Origin: Octopus sinensis | Lineage: Eukaryota | NCBI RefSeq assembly: GCF_006345805.1 | Contig: NC_043003.1 | Location: 8,990,001-9,054,000 of the forward strand | DNA: 64,000 nucleotides | Reading direction: 5' to 3' | Shown here: piece by piece, positions 61,681 through 64,000 of the stretch | Layout: every line of letters begins with the position of its first letter | Position numbering within the stretch: the stretch's first letter is position 1 | Notes under the pieces: model-generated | What the model was told of the DNA's origin: nothing | The model's input: only the letters and a program-made list of their open reading frames with translations | The model's database searches: none | Translations under genes and position numbers: made by a program

Positions 61681-62088
61681 GAGCCAGGGATTGGCTCCCA
61701 TGCTGGTGGCACGTGAAAAGCACCATTTGAGCATGATTGTTGCCAGTGTCGCCCTTCCGGCACATGTGTCGGTGGCACGTGAAAAACAACATTCGAGCGT
61801 GGTCGTTGCCAGTGTCGCCGGACAGGCTCCCATGCAGGTAGCACGTAAAAAGCACCTTTTCAGCATGGTTGTTGCCAGAACTGCCTGACCAGCCCTCATA
61901 CTGGTGTCATGTAAACGCACCCACCACACTCTGTGGTTGGCGTTAGGAAGGGCATCCAGCTGTAGACACTTTGTCAGATCAGATTGAGCCTGGTGTAGCC
62001 TCTAGCTTGCCAGTCCTCAGTCAAATCGTCCAACCCATGCCAGCATGGAAAGTAGACACTAAACGATGACGACGATGATGATGATGAT
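61681..62088 (+). mobile_element. Retroposon family C
   Basis: Unit starts at 61705, 61771, 61837, 61903 (66-bp period). Confidence 0.88.
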
Positions 62089-62544
62089 AGATACATATAG
62101 ATATATATTCATAGATGGATAGATAAATGATAGAAAATGAAATCAATGATATCCTTTATTTAAAATCGCTACAATTGTTTTGTCGTATTTTTACAGTCAA
62201 ACCGTCCAACCCATGCCAGCATGGAATGTTGATGATGATGATGATGATGACATATGCATACATATTTATATTTATACACATAATTGTACATTTAGCTACT
62301 TATCATCTAAAATCATAGATGAATTTGTCAGTGGGCAGCTTAGCTTAATGATAAAGCACTTAGTCGGAGTTTTTGAGGTATGTGGGTTTGTGTCTCATGG
62401 CTGGTTGTTGACAAATTTTTCTGCTTGGTAAGAGTAATTTGCCCAGTATTTCTGCTGTTCTAATGGCAATTCTGTGTTTGAAAAAATATCATCTAATATG
62501 TACTGTTGAATACACAATTTGACGCATTTAAAAACAAATGTTAG

Positions 62545-62893
62545 TTTGTAGTAAAGATTGTTTGCCAACTTAAAATGGCATTCCTGGTTTAGGACGAATG
62601 TTGCTGTAGTTTAGCCCCAGGAGACATCGTCTCCAGCTGGCTACATGATACGATCTGTGTCTTTAAATTTTCAAACAAGGGAATCTAGCACCCCCACTCA
62701 GCTAAAAGCAATATCTGTGTATCGTGCTTTCTGGGTTATTTCCCTTCATCAGCACAGAATAATTGCTAGATTCCTTTGTTTGAAAATGTAAGGACATGTA
62801 GCCAGCTGGAGACGATGTCTCCTGGGGCTAAATTACAGCAACATTCGTCCTAAACCAGGACTGCCATGTTATGTTGGCAATCTTCACTACAAA
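62545..62893. repeat. Inverted repeat, ~130-145-bp arms, 73-nt loop, downstream of SLC6 exon H
   Basis: TTTGTAG...CCTGGTTTAGGACGAATGTTGCTGTAGTTTAGCCCCAGGAGACATCGTCTCCAGCTGGCTACATG versus its reverse complement at 62764-62893. Confidence 0.9.
62714..62758 (-). ncRNA. Degenerate hammerhead motif in the loop of an inverted repeat
   Basis: TCTGTG-CTGATGA-AGGG(AAATAA)CCCA-GAAA-GCACGA-T-A-CACAGA; stem I 6 bp, stem III not paired. Confidence 0.45.
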
Positions 62894-63224
62894 GTACTGT
62901 TCCTGAATATCTCACATTGTGAGATTTAAAAATAGTAATTTTCCAAAATGTTAGTTTGTTTATATTTACACACAGAGTTATACATACGTCAGTATATACA
63001 TACATACATACATGCATACAAACAGACAACGAGTGGACAATTGAAAGAAAAGGGCACTTAACATATTTAGTATGAGCTACAAGTATTGTTTAAAGTTTCT
63101 TGATTCAGTTCCCAGCTACCTCAAGTTTCGCATTTAAGCCATCATCAGACAATGGCTTAACAGGCCAAAGCTTCAAAGTCATGGTCAACATTATTCTTGT
63201 TTAAGAATAGCTAAATATATATAG

Positions 63225-63470
63225 CCTTGACTGGCTTCCGTGCCAGGGGCACGTAAAAAGCAGCAACTGATTATGGCCGTTGCCAGCCTCGCCTGGCACC
63301 TGTGTCGGTGGCACATAAAAAGCACCCACTACACTCATGGAGTTGGCGTTAGGAAGGGCATCCAGCTGTAGAAACACTGCCAGATCAGACGAGCCTGGTG
63401 CAGCCTCCTGACTTCCCAGACCCTGGTCAAACTGTCCAACCCATGCTAGCATGGAAAACAGACGTGAAAC

Positions 63471-63504
<34 letters not shown>
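63225..63504 (+). mobile_element. Retroposon family C
   Basis: Same architecture. Confidence 0.85.
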
Positions 63505-63541
<37 letters not shown>

Positions 63542-63640
63542 CACAAACATATACACACACATACATATATATATAATATATATAATATATATACACAAAC
63601 ATATACACACACATACATATATATATATATATACATATAT

Positions 63641-63800
63641 ACGACGGACTTCTTTCATTTCTTCCGTTTACCAAATCCGCTCAAAAAGCTTTGGTCGACC
63701 CGAGGCTATAGTAGAAGACACTTGCTCAAGGTGCCATCCAGTGGGACTGAACCAGGGACCATATGGTTGGTAAGCAAGCTACTTACCACACAGCCACACC
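63641..63800 (-). mobile_element. SINE family A, 5' half
   Basis: Reverse complement of head. Confidence 0.8.
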
Positions 63801-63843
63801 TATATATATATATCATATATATAATATATATAATATATATATA

Positions 63844-63897
<54 letters not shown>

Positions 63898-63898
63898 C

Positions 63899-63932
<34 letters not shown>

Positions 63933-63952
63933 ATAATATTATATATATATAC

Positions 63953-63984
<32 letters not shown>

Positions 63985-64000
63985 ATATATATAATATATA

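Noticed and set aside
61705-61925. CRISPR-like array (conserved ~20-bp hairpin anchor with intervening sequence at 66-bp period)
   Set aside because: Intervening segments are diverged copies of each other, not unique spacers; the array is part of a dispersed retroposon in eukaryotic DNA with no cas genes.
62296-62378. 'SKIIDEF' segment as the next SLC6 exon (TM9)
   Set aside because: The only nearby AG gives the wrong phase (phase 0 needed) and the downstream sequence does not match TM9; the next exon is probably beyond the window.

Overview
AT-rich, repeat-saturated animal genomic DNA. The microsatellite and SINE landscape looks like an octopus (coleoid cephalopod); this is my inference, not a database result. 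The only intact protein-coding gene I can support is a plus-strand SLC6/NSS sodium:neurotransmitter symporter of the glycine-transporter (GlyT1/GlyT2)-like amino-acid branch. Nine GT-AG exons (48257-61235) splice with consistent phases into 1233 nt = 411 open codons covering TM1-TM8; the start exon and TM9-12 exons were not found. Almost all ORF-track entries are microsatellite or SINE artefacts. The rest of the window holds several SINE-like families (labelled A, B, C, E here), hAT, piggyBac-like, Tc1 and Helitron-type non-autonomous elements, a decayed Tc1 transposase, and many long inverted repeats attached to (TA)n tracts. The most interesting signals are: (i) a dispersed set of minimal type-I hammerhead ribozyme motifs in Penelope-like repeats, with several different palindromic stem IIIs, two of them sense-strand inside an SLC6 intron; (ii) an inverted SINE pair hugging three exons (372 nt, phase 2-2), a circRNA/exon-skipping geometry with a stop-free circular frame; (iii) non-canonical ion-site residues in the transporter; (iv) a VNTR-carrying retroposon and 184-bp SINE concatemers. 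SINE and microsatellite boundaries are approximate; exon, TIR/TSD and ribozyme coordinates were counted by hand.
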